From positions 62,001 to 126,000 of IMG/VR virus record IMGVR_UViG_3300022935_000005: 64,000 nt of DNA; one strand, written 5' to 3'. This document shows, one piece after another, positions 39,501 through 47,644 of this stretch. Position 1 is the first letter of the stretch. Every line of letters starts with the position of its first letter. The notes beneath the pieces are model-generated. The model was not told where the DNA came from. It searched no databases and worked only from the letters and a program-made list of their open reading frames with translations. The translations under genes and the position numbers were made by a program.

Positions 39501-39697
39501 ACGTACTCATAATAGATGAAGGGTTTGGAGCTTTAGATGATAAGAACATTGAGGCATGCTCCAGACTGCTTGAATCTCTTAAGAAGTATTTTGCAAACAT
39601 ACTTATCATATCTCACGTTGATGCTATGAAAGACGTGGTTGATAACGTCTTGGACATCCAAAAGAACGGAAAGGACTCATATGTCAGATGCACATGA
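36554..39697 (+). CDS. Fused Mre11/SbcD nuclease - Rad50/SbcC ATPase (T4 gp47-gp46-like)
   Basis: Phosphoesterase motifs ADIH, GGDIVH, GNHD, H and LGDIH. Walker A GKNRVGKS, Q-loop SQG, coiled coil, signature SGMEK, Walker B/D-loop IIDEGFGALD, and ISH. Confidence 0.92.
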   Translation: MTLKCAHFADIHFRGLSRHDEYRKVFSQSFEKLKELQPDIIFLGGDIVHSKTQGISPELIDILRWWFTSLADIAPVHIILGNHDGLMTNEDRLDAVTPIVRAIGDPRIKLMKGTGVYPTGIPGYNWCVFCCFDPKGWPDLKPPEDGINIALYHGPVNGSLTDQDWEINGDSVKVDFFKGFDYTMLGDIHKRQFLTEKVAYPGSTIQQNYGEDVEKGFLFWEIRDKDDFDVKFIELKNDHAFRSIKWQGDVSSTLDEVQDDWTGSRFRVIHKGMTQTEFKQLQNSLREKYDAYEVVSKNEQESFKGADTEIATSIGKISRNDLRSFKQQDALMSEYVKRMELSDEDRQSLRELHKDVFGRCVQEASAKSHQWRLRRLNFDNTFGYGEGNIIDFDTLNGITGIFGKNRVGKSSIPGTISYSLFNASDRGTLKNIHIVNNRKNYCKAAADFSVAGEMWRAERQTVKRTNRNGVVSAPTNLNLFRIDESGNPIEDATGEQRRETEKTLRELVGTVDDFMMTSFASQGGMDAFIKEGSTQRKNILTRFLDLQIFDDMLKIAKGEMSELRGEMRSAPDRNWQELIDEQSSLGEKLNLEISEVEEELVSLKKDRDDLKIKLAALPDSELYTKEQIQEQVQKLSDMNTKRETLSKKIIELSNSIDTASKKIEKIGLIKEQFPIEELRKEFDTQKALQSQQELIESKLELELQRLDSKKKSAKKLERVPCGDQFPKCPYIKDAHKSASELDDQKLVITGVRKELRALKSNIQALMEKGLSERLLKYEDLLKKESSLRISHSDFRLEMKEIESDHQDAINFIKEGKTQLREMRLRSIDEEKDTAVIAMRDQLKKVEDRISNLDAERLYLTEQISVAKQKKITLIEENRRFGAVKSRWETYNVFMQAVDKKGIPLTILSLQLPQINNELTKILQGVVNFDLSLEADLESNNMEIFIDYGDSRRIIECGSGMEKMISSLALRVALINVCNAPRSDVLIIDEGFGALDDKNIEACSRLLESLKKYFANILIISHVDAMKDVVDNVLDIQKNGKDSYVRCT

Positions 39698-39926
39698 TGT
39701 TTCATACGTTCCTATAGATTGCCCAATTTGTAATTTAATGATCAGGGATACGAATGACGTAACAAGATATCATAGCTCTAAGTGTTGCGTTGATTGCTGG
39801 ATAGGATTTTTAGAACCGTTACGAAAACTAAACCGCGACGAAGGATATTTACCTACAGGCAGTGAGATTGAATCTTACCGAAATAGAGTAGCCGCTCTTA
39901 CAAAACTTGGAGAAGGAACGTGTTAA
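39681..39926 (+). CDS. Small zinc-finger-like protein
   Basis: CPIC...CCVDC. ATG at 39681 follows AAGGA and is in frame with the 39639 ORF. Confidence 0.6.
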   Translation: MSDAHDVSYVPIDCPICNLMIRDTNDVTRYHSSKCCVDCWIGFLEPLRKLNRDEGYLPTGSEIESYRNRVAALTKLGEGTC

Positions 39927-40288
39927 ACCTAAAAGAAATTAGAGCTCTGGCTCAAGCAACAGAGACTTCATGGGGATATTCATCAAAAGACAGGAAGGTC
40001 ACCAGCAGACTAGATGGAGAAGTTCTAGAGCTTCAGATGATGTCCATTGTTCAGTTTGCAAGCGAGAAAGCGCTTAGTCAGCAGCTGCAGGCTCAACGTG
40101 AATATGCAAATGACGTTTTTACAGAGCAGCTTAAGAGAATTAAGCAAGAATTTAAAGAAGCCACCGATCGAGCACTGGTGACTAAAGAGATCGAAAGAGA
40201 TGATGATGTAGAGCTTGTGTCTGCGACTTCAAATTCTCCACGAAAGATCGCGTATTTTCGTGCAAACATAAAGCTTCAAGTTAGTTAG
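39920..40288 (+). CDS. Hypothetical protein upstream of terminase
   Basis: 122 aa, GTG start with GGAG/AAGGA SD. Confidence 0.6.
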   Translation: MLNLKEIRALAQATETSWGYSSKDRKVTSRLDGEVLELQMMSIVQFASEKALSQQLQAQREYANDVFTEQLKRIKQEFKEATDRALVTKEIERDDDVELVSATSNSPRKIAYFRANIKLQVS

Positions 40289-40293
40289 AAGAT

Positions 40294-41892
40294 ATGCCGC
40301 CGCTAAGTAAGCAAAAGCAAATAAGCGAGATTGTAAAGTGTGGAAAAGATCCAGCTTACTTTATAAATCGTTACGTGCAGATTCAGCATCCTATGAAGGG
40401 AAGAATTTCATTTCACACCTTTCCATTCCAGGATGATTGCTTACAGCAGTTTAACGATCATAGATTTAACGTAGTAGTAAAGTCACGACAGTTGGGTCTT
40501 TCAACCCTAACTGCAGCCTATGCTGTCTGGCTGGCTATGTTCAGAAAAGATAAAAGCATTCTGGTAATCGCCACGAAGTTAGCGGTTGCTCAAAACTTTA
40601 TTAAGAAAGTCAAGGTGGCACTGTCTGGAATACCACAATGGATGTGGATAACTGAAATTACTGCAAAGAATACACAAGCGATAGAGTTTAGTAATGGTTC
40701 TCAAATAAAAGCCGTACCAACGTCCGATGATGCTGGTCGTTCTGAAGCCTTGTCACTGCTAATTGTGGATGAGGCTGCTTTTATTAGAAACTTTGATGAG
40801 CTCTGGAAGGGTCTGTATCCCACTCTTTCAACTGGTGGTCGAGCTATATTAGTTTCAACCCCGAATGGGACTGGCGGCCAATACTACGACATCTACCATG
40901 GCGCCGAGCAGAAATCTAACGAGTTTAACGCTATAAAGCTTCCTTGGGATGTCCACCCCGAGAGAGATGATGCATGGTTTCAAAAAGAGGCTCGAAATCT
41001 TAACAAGCAACAGATTGCACAAGAGTTGCTTTGCGATTTCCAAGCGTCTGGTGACACATTTCTGTCAACAGAAGACATAGAGCGGCTGCAAATGAATATT
41101 CGGTCTCCGATAGAGAAATGGGGACCAGAGAATGCTGTCTGGGTATGGAAGTACTTTATACAAGGTCATAACTACGTAATATCTTCTGATGTTGCTAGAG
41201 GTGATGGGAGTGATTACTCTACTTTCCATGTGATAGATACCACAGAATCAGAGGTAGTGGCGGAGTTTAGAGGCAAAGTTCCGCCAGACCAACTTGCTGT
41301 ACTGTTATCAGAAGCAGGACGTCGATATGGGGATGCTGTAGTTTGTCCAGAAAGCAACACATACGGTTATGCTGTGTTGATGAAACTCCGCGAAATGAAT
41401 TACAAAAACATCTATTTTGCGAAAGAAAAAGACAAGTTTAATGCCATATATGGTGATGGAGCTATTGGCAAAGCTGGTTTCTCTACCCAGGGAGCTAGTC
41501 GTGCTCAGATACTGACAAAGCTTGAGGAGATGATAAGAAATAACCGCGTTGACATATATTCATCTCGACTCGTGTCAGAGTTTAAGACCTTTGTGTGGAG
41601 CGGATCGAAAGCTCAAGCCCAGCGCGGTAAAAATGATGATCTAGTCATGTCGTTAGCAATTGGTCTGTGGTTGTATGAGTACTCGTCAAAGAAATCGTCC
41701 AAGTCAGTTGATATAAATTCTGCTATGTTAGCCGCATTTGGAGTCAATAAACAACAGTCACGTGACTCGAAGCCTAGAAGCCCCTATTCGTACGAGATGG
41801 CTTATCTTGCGAGAAAAGGGATGCCAGTAGAAATGGATGAAAGTCATCCTGCTGTTTCTGGGTCTGTAGATTTTAAGTGGCTGCTATCGTGA
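40294..41892 (+). CDS. terL: Terminase large subunit (T4 gp17-like)
   Basis: Walker A KSRQLGLST, Walker B LLIVDEAAF, STPNG, nuclease SDVARG and DDLVMSLA. Confidence 0.95.
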   Translation: MPPLSKQKQISEIVKCGKDPAYFINRYVQIQHPMKGRISFHTFPFQDDCLQQFNDHRFNVVVKSRQLGLSTLTAAYAVWLAMFRKDKSILVIATKLAVAQNFIKKVKVALSGIPQWMWITEITAKNTQAIEFSNGSQIKAVPTSDDAGRSEALSLLIVDEAAFIRNFDELWKGLYPTLSTGGRAILVSTPNGTGGQYYDIYHGAEQKSNEFNAIKLPWDVHPERDDAWFQKEARNLNKQQIAQELLCDFQASGDTFLSTEDIERLQMNIRSPIEKWGPENAVWVWKYFIQGHNYVISSDVARGDGSDYSTFHVIDTTESEVVAEFRGKVPPDQLAVLLSEAGRRYGDAVVCPESNTYGYAVLMKLREMNYKNIYFAKEKDKFNAIYGDGAIGKAGFSTQGASRAQILTKLEEMIRNNRVDIYSSRLVSEFKTFVWSGSKAQAQRGKNDDLVMSLAIGLWLYEYSSKKSSKSVDINSAMLAAFGVNKQQSRDSKPRSPYSYEMAYLARKGMPVEMDESHPAVSGSVDFKWLLS

Positions 41893-41897
41893 CTATA

Positions 41898-41904
41898 ATA
41901 GTTA
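41898..41904 (+). promoter_or_regulatory. Putative late promoter ATAGTTA (portal)
   Basis: Intergenic between terL and portal. Confidence 0.55.
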
Positions 41905-41924
41905 AGTTGTAAGTAAGGATTGAT

Positions 41925-43874
41925 ATGGCTGAAAAGGGAAATATATTTCAGAGACTGACAAGCCTCTTTCGAAGCGGTCCCACTGTAAAGCGGAGGGTAA
42001 GATCATCCGTTACTTCGAATATGAAGTCATCTGCTGTTGAGACTTTCCGTCGCGCTCATAATGACGTTTATTCTAACACACTGAGTGCCTATGGTTCCTT
42101 CGATAGAATGTCAAGGTACAGTGACTTTAGCGAGATGGAGGCGACTCCTGAGATTGCTTCTGCTCTAGATATCTACTCTGAAGAGACAGTGTCTCCTGAC
42201 GAGCATGGCCGAGTTTTACACATTTACTGTGAGGATGATCTAAAGAAAGAGATACTTGAGTCTCTCTTCTATGACACTCTCAACGTAGAATTTAATCTCG
42301 TCATGTGGGTAAGAAATCTTTGTAAGTACGGAGATTTTTTCCTTTTTAATGATATCGATCCGAATTATGGTGTTGTCAATGCCTACCCGATTCCGATATC
42401 TGAAATGGAAAGAGAAGAAGGGTTTGACCCCGAGAACCCATCAGCAGTAAGATTTCGTTGGCTTACTCAAGGAAATCAATCTTTAGAGAACTGGCAAATA
42501 TCTCACTTTCGTCTGCTCGGAAATGACGCCTTCCTCCCATATGGGTCTAGCGTCCTCGAGTCAGCCCGCCGAATTTGGCGCCAGTTGATACTTATCGAAG
42601 ATGCGATGTTGGTCTACAGGGTGATCAGAGCTCCTGAGAGAAGGGTTTTCTACGTAGACGTAGGTAACGTTGCTCCTGAAGATGTTCCTAACTACATGGA
42701 GCAAGCAACGTCAGTTCTTAAAAAAGCACCAGTGATAGACAAATCCTCTGGTAAGGTCGATCTAAGATACAACCCACTTAGTGTTGATGAAGATTATTTC
42801 ATTCCTGTTCGTGGCGGCGATAGTGGCACACGAATTGACTCTTTAGCTGGTGGCCAAAACACAGCTGCGATCGAAGATGTTGAATACATTCAAAAGAAAC
42901 TGTTTGCCGCCCTTAAGATTCCTAAAGCGTATCTTGGGTATGATGAAGATATCGGTGCTAAAGCAACCTTAGCTCAAGAAGACATAAGGTTCAGTCGTAC
43001 TATCCAGAGAATTCAAAAAACTGTTATTTCCGAGCTGAACAAACTTGCTATGATCCATCTTTATGTGCACGGCTTTGACGGCGAAGACCTTCTTGATTTT
43101 GAGCTGAAGCTTTCTAACCCGTCCTCAGTTGCACAATTACAAAAGCTTGAGCTAATCTCTCAAAGGTTTGATATAGCTGGTAAGGTTCCTGAAGGTATGC
43201 TCGACCGCCGGTGGGTACAGAAGAATGTTCTTGGGTTAACTGATAAGCAGATACAAGAAGTTCAAGAAGGTCGGATACAAGACAAGGTTGATGACGCTGG
43301 AGTTGAAGGCGCCGGCGCTGAAGGTGAAGGTGGAGGTGCAGAAGGTGGAGGCGATGAGGGTGGCGGCCTATTCTCTGCCGACGTTCCGTCGAACGGTCAA
43401 CTTCTAACTGCTGAGCCCTCGACGGGTTCAAAGATTGTAGACGACGAAGAAGAAGATGATGACTACATTGATATCGCGTCTTTGTCAATTGACGATGAAT
43501 CGTCTCCAATCAAAGCGCAAGCAGCGTATAGAAAGCAACCTAATTCTAAGAGCACTCGGGGTCCAGGTACTACACACATGCCAGACTTCAAAGGGATGGT
43601 GACAAACAAGAGATCACAAGATTCGATGCGTCGTCCTTTCGGTGATGATTATCTTCGGCCTGCTTTTGAGGGAACGGAACCCTACGATGATGATAGTTAT
43701 TCACATAAGCCAAAACTTCGTTCTCCGATGACTCCGGAAATGAAGAGTGTTTATAGTTCTTTAGTTAATATTTTGAGTCCACAAGGCGGAGTGCTTTTAT
43801 CGGAAGCAAACAACAATGAAGGGGAAAGAAATCCTCTTGAAGAATACGATGCCGGAGAAATAGATGAAAGTTAA
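41925..43874 (+). CDS. gp20: Portal protein (T4 gp20-like)
   Basis: QLILIEDAMLVYRVIRAPERRVFYVDVGN, EDYFIPVRG and DVEYIQKKLFAALKIPK. Follows the terminase. Confidence 0.95.
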   Translation: MAEKGNIFQRLTSLFRSGPTVKRRVRSSVTSNMKSSAVETFRRAHNDVYSNTLSAYGSFDRMSRYSDFSEMEATPEIASALDIYSEETVSPDEHGRVLHIYCEDDLKKEILESLFYDTLNVEFNLVMWVRNLCKYGDFFLFNDIDPNYGVVNAYPIPISEMEREEGFDPENPSAVRFRWLTQGNQSLENWQISHFRLLGNDAFLPYGSSVLESARRIWRQLILIEDAMLVYRVIRAPERRVFYVDVGNVAPEDVPNYMEQATSVLKKAPVIDKSSGKVDLRYNPLSVDEDYFIPVRGGDSGTRIDSLAGGQNTAAIEDVEYIQKKLFAALKIPKAYLGYDEDIGAKATLAQEDIRFSRTIQRIQKTVISELNKLAMIHLYVHGFDGEDLLDFELKLSNPSSVAQLQKLELISQRFDIAGKVPEGMLDRRWVQKNVLGLTDKQIQEVQEGRIQDKVDDAGVEGAGAEGEGGGAEGGGDEGGGLFSADVPSNGQLLTAEPSTGSKIVDDEEEDDDYIDIASLSIDDESSPIKAQAAYRKQPNSKSTRGPGTTHMPDFKGMVTNKRSQDSMRRPFGDDYLRPAFEGTEPYDDDSYSHKPKLRSPMTPEMKSVYSSLVNILSPQGGVLLSEANNNEGERNPLEEYDAGEIDES

Positions 43875-44706
43875 GCATAATAAAAAAAGAAATGTTGGGT
43901 TGCTGTTTGCACAGCTTTCTCAAGCTGTTTCTGAGTCCATGGTAGAAGGAGATGTCAAGAGGGCGAACAGGGTTCTTTCTCTAATAAAGCGACATTTCGC
44001 TCCTGGTACAGAATTATTCAAAGAGTTTAGACTTTTTAGAGCGATCATGGTAACGTCTGTTCCTTCCGATTCTCTTGCGACGTCTATAATCGGAGAGGCA
44101 AAAACAGCTTCAAAGAATATCAACACCAGATTGTTGACACAGCAAAAATCAGCACTCATCAAAGATATAAATTATAACTTGAGTGAGTCAAACTTTTATT
44201 CCAGAAGAGTTCCTGATTACAAGACATATGCGACAGTCCAGACTCTTTTAGCAGAATGGAGAGCGTCAGATCCAGATGTGTCTGTTGTCGCAAAGTTCGA
44301 GTCAGAACTACATTCACATCTTCTAAAAGAGAAAAAGCTGGCCGATATTGAAGAGATGAAATCCCCTGACGCGAACAGCTTGGTCGTTGATATTATGCGT
44401 AAGAAGCTTGAGGAAAAGTTTGGGTCTCATCTAAACGATAAGCAGATGTCTCTCTTGAGAGAATATGTCTTTTTTGATGATGACAAGACATCTTTCTTGA
44501 CTAAATTAAGCTCGATTAAGTCTGAAGCACTTGAGGCTATCGATGCTTTCGAGAGCACGTGCCAAAACAAGATAATTTTAAAGCAGGTTCCTGATGTAAG
44601 AGACGCCATCTTAAGCCTTTCTGAATCCACTGCGGATGATGAGACTCTCTCAAGATATTTGACGCTTATGAATATAACTGAAGAGTTACTATCAGGAGGT
44701 GAGTGA
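43864..44706 (+). CDS. Hypothetical head-morphogenesis protein
   Basis: 280 aa between portal and protease. KHNKKRNVGLLF N-terminus; helical. Confidence 0.6.
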   Translation: MKVKHNKKRNVGLLFAQLSQAVSESMVEGDVKRANRVLSLIKRHFAPGTELFKEFRLFRAIMVTSVPSDSLATSIIGEAKTASKNINTRLLTQQKSALIKDINYNLSESNFYSRRVPDYKTYATVQTLLAEWRASDPDVSVVAKFESELHSHLLKEKKLADIEEMKSPDANSLVVDIMRKKLEEKFGSHLNDKQMSLLREYVFFDDDKTSFLTKLSSIKSEALEAIDAFESTCQNKIILKQVPDVRDAILSLSESTADDETLSRYLTLMNITEELLSGGE

Positions 44707-45323
44707 TGAGTGACAACCTTAAGCTTTTGACAGAATGGAGCCCTTGGCAATACTCTAAAGAGATGATCGAGGAGTCCAAGCAAAACAACGACGGCAAGAT
44801 TGTGATGAAGGGTGTTCTCCAGAAGTCTGACACCCTCAATCAAAACGGCCGAATTTATCCCAAGGTTATTCTTGAGAGAGAAGTAAGGAACTATCAGAAG
44901 TTCATTGCTGAAAACAGGGCCCTCGGTGAATGTGACCACCCTGATAGCTCAGTCGTCGAACTTAAGAACGCATCTCACATTGTAAGAGAAGCATACATGG
45001 ACGGTGACGTTTGTTATGGTGTTGTAGAACTTCTAAACACTCCTTCTGGGAAGATCCTACAAAGTTTGGTGGAGTCTGGGGTGACGCTTGGTATTTCCAG
45101 CCGCGGCGTCGGCTCAACTCGCCGTAATGGAGATGTAGACGTTGTCCAAGATGATTTTCAACTGATCTGTTGGGACTTTGTTTCAGAGCCTTCAACTCCG
45201 GGGGCATTTATGATGAAAGAAGGTATTGAAGTTCGACGTAACGATCTCAATAAAGTATTCAACAAATCTGATAGAGTACACCGTGCTTTTAATGATGTGA
45301 TAGCATGGAGGGATGACAAATGA
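44703..45323 (+). CDS. gp21: Prohead core protease (T4 gp21-like)
   Basis: NQNGRIYP, ALGECDHP (His), LGISSRGVGS (Ser) and DFVSEPS. AGGAGG SD; start at 44703 or 44706. Confidence 0.93.
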   Translation: MMSDNLKLLTEWSPWQYSKEMIEESKQNNDGKIVMKGVLQKSDTLNQNGRIYPKVILEREVRNYQKFIAENRALGECDHPDSSVVELKNASHIVREAYMDGDVCYGVVELLNTPSGKILQSLVESGVTLGISSRGVGSTRRNGDVDVVQDDFQLICWDFVSEPSTPGAFMMKEGIEVRRNDLNKVFNKSDRVHRAFNDVIAWRDDK

Positions 45324-45679
45324 GTTCAAGTTGGCCAAAACCGGGATTAAATAGTGTCGGTGAGTATCAATTAGCTGGTGTCCCGTTCGTTGTAGAAGAC
45401 GCCTCCTCCGCCCGCACAGTTACTCTACAGAGAGTATCACGAGCGATTACTTTTATATCTGATGCAGCCGGAGCGAGTGTTCACTTTTTCGATGTTGATG
45501 CAAGCGGTGTCGCCGTCAATACTGAGGTTGCTTTACCTGCCGGTGCCGTCAGGTTTGAAGTTAGATGTAGCAAGTTTTATATCACCGCCGGTGCAACAGT
45601 CGGAGCAGTCGTAGAACTTACAGGAATCGAACCGCAACAGATGCCTTTACCATTACGAACATTAGGGACTGTGGCATAG
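45320..45679 (+). CDS. Hypothetical protein (beta-rich, possible head accessory)
   Basis: 119 aa, GGAGG SD, overlaps the protease stop. Confidence 0.6.
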   Translation: MSSSWPKPGLNSVGEYQLAGVPFVVEDASSARTVTLQRVSRAITFISDAAGASVHFFDVDASGVAVNTEVALPAGAVRFEVRCSKFYITAGATVGAVVELTGIEPQQMPLPLRTLGTVA

Positions 45680-45689
45680 GAGATTTAGA

Positions 45690-46106
45690 ATGGCAAAGAT
45701 GACAAGAAATGATTTAAAATCTCTAGTTAAAGAATGCTTGTTCGAGATTTTGTTAGAAGCAACAGATGCTGAAAGTGGTCAGCAGCTACAAGAAGTAAGA
45801 CTTCCTAAAAAGAAAACTCGCCCTGTCACTTCTCGGCGTCCCGCTCTAGACAACATCTCGATAGGAAAGAGCCAACCCGCTCGAGAGCAACCTCAATTTG
45901 ATGTATCACAGATAACGTCAGATCCAGTGATGGCCGCGATATTTCAAGACACTGCAAAGACGACTCTGCTTGAGCAATCCAGAGCAGAAAGGTTAGGCCC
46001 ACAGTCTGGTGGTGATGCTGCAACAGCAGCTATGGCTCAAGCTGACCCACAAGAAGTTTTTGGTGAAGCATCGAGGAATTGGGCAGCCCTCGCGTTTAAC
46101 GATTAA
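45690..46106 (+). CDS. Putative prohead core/internal protein
   Basis: AGGAG SD. LKSLVKE, LLE and LQE motifs resemble gp21 cleavage sites. Confidence 0.55.
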   Translation: MAKMTRNDLKSLVKECLFEILLEATDAESGQQLQEVRLPKKKTRPVTSRRPALDNISIGKSQPAREQPQFDVSQITSDPVMAAIFQDTAKTTLLEQSRAERLGPQSGGDAATAAMAQADPQEVFGEASRNWAALAFND

Positions 46107-46139
46107 ATCTCGGCAGCAAGAAAAAAACAAGTCTGCTGA

Positions 46140-46146
46140 ATACTTA
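46140..46146 (+). promoter_or_regulatory. Putative late promoter ATACTTA
   Basis: Intergenic, upstream of 46187. Confidence 0.55.
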
Positions 46147-46186
46147 CAAGATAGACGACAGTCATTCGATCAGGAGGAATACCAAG

Positions 46187-46462
46187 ATGGCTAAAAACTT
46201 AAAGTTGACCCCGGCTCTACTAAAGAAGCTGGTTATGGAAGAGAAAGCAAAACTGATGGAAACCCTTGAGCAGGGCAAAGAAGACTCTGAGAAGGTAAAA
46301 GCTGATGAAGTAGAGGCTGATGAGCTAGCTGACGCTTTAGAACAAGACATCGATTTTATGGCTGCACTTAAGATTCAAGAAAGCGTTCTCAAGAAGAAAT
46401 ACGCCAAGGTTCAAGCAGCTAAGAAGAGGCTCATGAAAAAAATCAATGAGCGTAAGAACTAA
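46187..46462 (+). CDS. Putative prohead core/internal protein
   Basis: AGGAGG SD. LKKLVMEE, LME, IQE and INE motifs; charged and helical. Confidence 0.6.
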   Translation: MAKNLKLTPALLKKLVMEEKAKLMETLEQGKEDSEKVKADEVEADELADALEQDIDFMAALKIQESVLKKKYAKVQAAKKRLMKKINERKN

Positions 46463-46500
46463 TAGTTCTACTTTAACCCAAAAAACTGAGGAGAATCCAA

Positions 46501-46983
46501 ATGCCAACCCATAAGCAACAAACTGTAGCCCCGCTAACGACTGTAAGAGATAAAGGCTCCTCCGACTCAGCGAGTCTCAAGTCTGCATTTCCGGCTTCTC
46601 CAATTCATCAAGGAGAGATGACAGCTGAAAGCATTCGACAGCAGTTCCAAGATGAAGTAATTGACGGGACTGTCAATGACGGCGGCCACACCTTCGGTAC
46701 TTTTAGCAGAGATTACTCTGGCGCTCCTGATATGGCAGAGGTCAAGACTGGCGGTGGCGGACTTCCCGCGTCTCCCTATGTTCCCAACCCAACATCTCCC
46801 GGTCCTGGTAGTGTTAATGCTGCCGACCAGGCAGAGGCTCCTGATGGTTTTGGTGAATCACCGTCCAACGTTCCCGGCTCTGGTGTTGGTTCACAGTTAC
46901 AGCCAAAGACATCATCAGAGTCTCAATCAAGAGGTAAGTTGGGTGACTTCATTATGGGCAAGGCTTGGGGCAGTACCTCTTAA
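46501..46983 (+). CDS. Hypothetical Pro/Gly/Ser-rich protein
   Basis: 160 aa, GAGGAG SD. Confidence 0.6.
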   Translation: MPTHKQQTVAPLTTVRDKGSSDSASLKSAFPASPIHQGEMTAESIRQQFQDEVIDGTVNDGGHTFGTFSRDYSGAPDMAEVKTGGGGLPASPYVPNPTSPGPGSVNAADQAEAPDGFGESPSNVPGSGVGSQLQPKTSSESQSRGKLGDFIMGKAWGSTS

Positions 46984-47567
46984 TGTCAAAGAAGCCTACA
47001 GCAGACTCACCGGGAAGCCTGGGTTATCGGCCCGGGCTTTCTCATGATGGTCGAACAGACTTAGGCTATGCGACGACAAAACAAAAATTTCATGCGCCAC
47101 GACAAAAGGGTTCATCATTCCCTTATGAAGAAGAGCCAGAGTCTCTCGACGACCTTGAAGAGCCGGTCTTAGATTACGAGACATCGAAAAAAATAGATAA
47201 CAAAATCTCTACTCCTTACAATTCCCATGATAGCTTAATAGGTCGCGCTGCTGACTCTTTTTATCTAATTGGCGGAAATTCACGAGTTGCCATCGGGGAA
47301 GCTGTCGCAAAAGGAATGGTACCGTTTCCTGGAATGTATAAAAAAAGACTGCAGGTCGGCGGAGGTGTAAATTCCCCTAAATTAGTCGCCCCGGGTCAAT
47401 ATAATCGTACTGGAACGTACAGAGGTTGGAGCCACTCTCCAATTCCTGCTGATGAGATAATTCATAAAAGTGAAGATGGCTATGCTGAAAGTACAGATGA
47501 AGACAATGTTGAGAGGGTAAGAAGCATTGTTAGATCAATACTTAAAAACAACGCGAGAGAAGCATAG
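46983..47567 (+). CDS. Hypothetical protein
   Basis: Start reassigned to the TAATG overlap at 46983, in frame with the 46965 ORF. Confidence 0.55.
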   Translation: MSKKPTADSPGSLGYRPGLSHDGRTDLGYATTKQKFHAPRQKGSSFPYEEEPESLDDLEEPVLDYETSKKIDNKISTPYNSHDSLIGRAADSFYLIGGNSRVAIGEAVAKGMVPFPGMYKKRLQVGGGVNSPKLVAPGQYNRTGTYRGWSHSPIPADEIIHKSEDGYAESTDEDNVERVRSIVRSILKNNAREA

Positions 47568-47602
47568 TTATCAATGTTTTAGGTTAACTTCAATTTATAT
47601 TG

Positions 47603-47609
47603 ATATTTA
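47603..47609 (+). promoter_or_regulatory. Putative late promoter ATATTTA (scaffold-capsid operon)
   Basis: Intergenic; a second copy, ATAGTTA, is at 47564. Confidence 0.55.
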
Positions 47610-47644
47610 AGGATATGTGTACACACTGTCTGTGAGGTTTTGGA

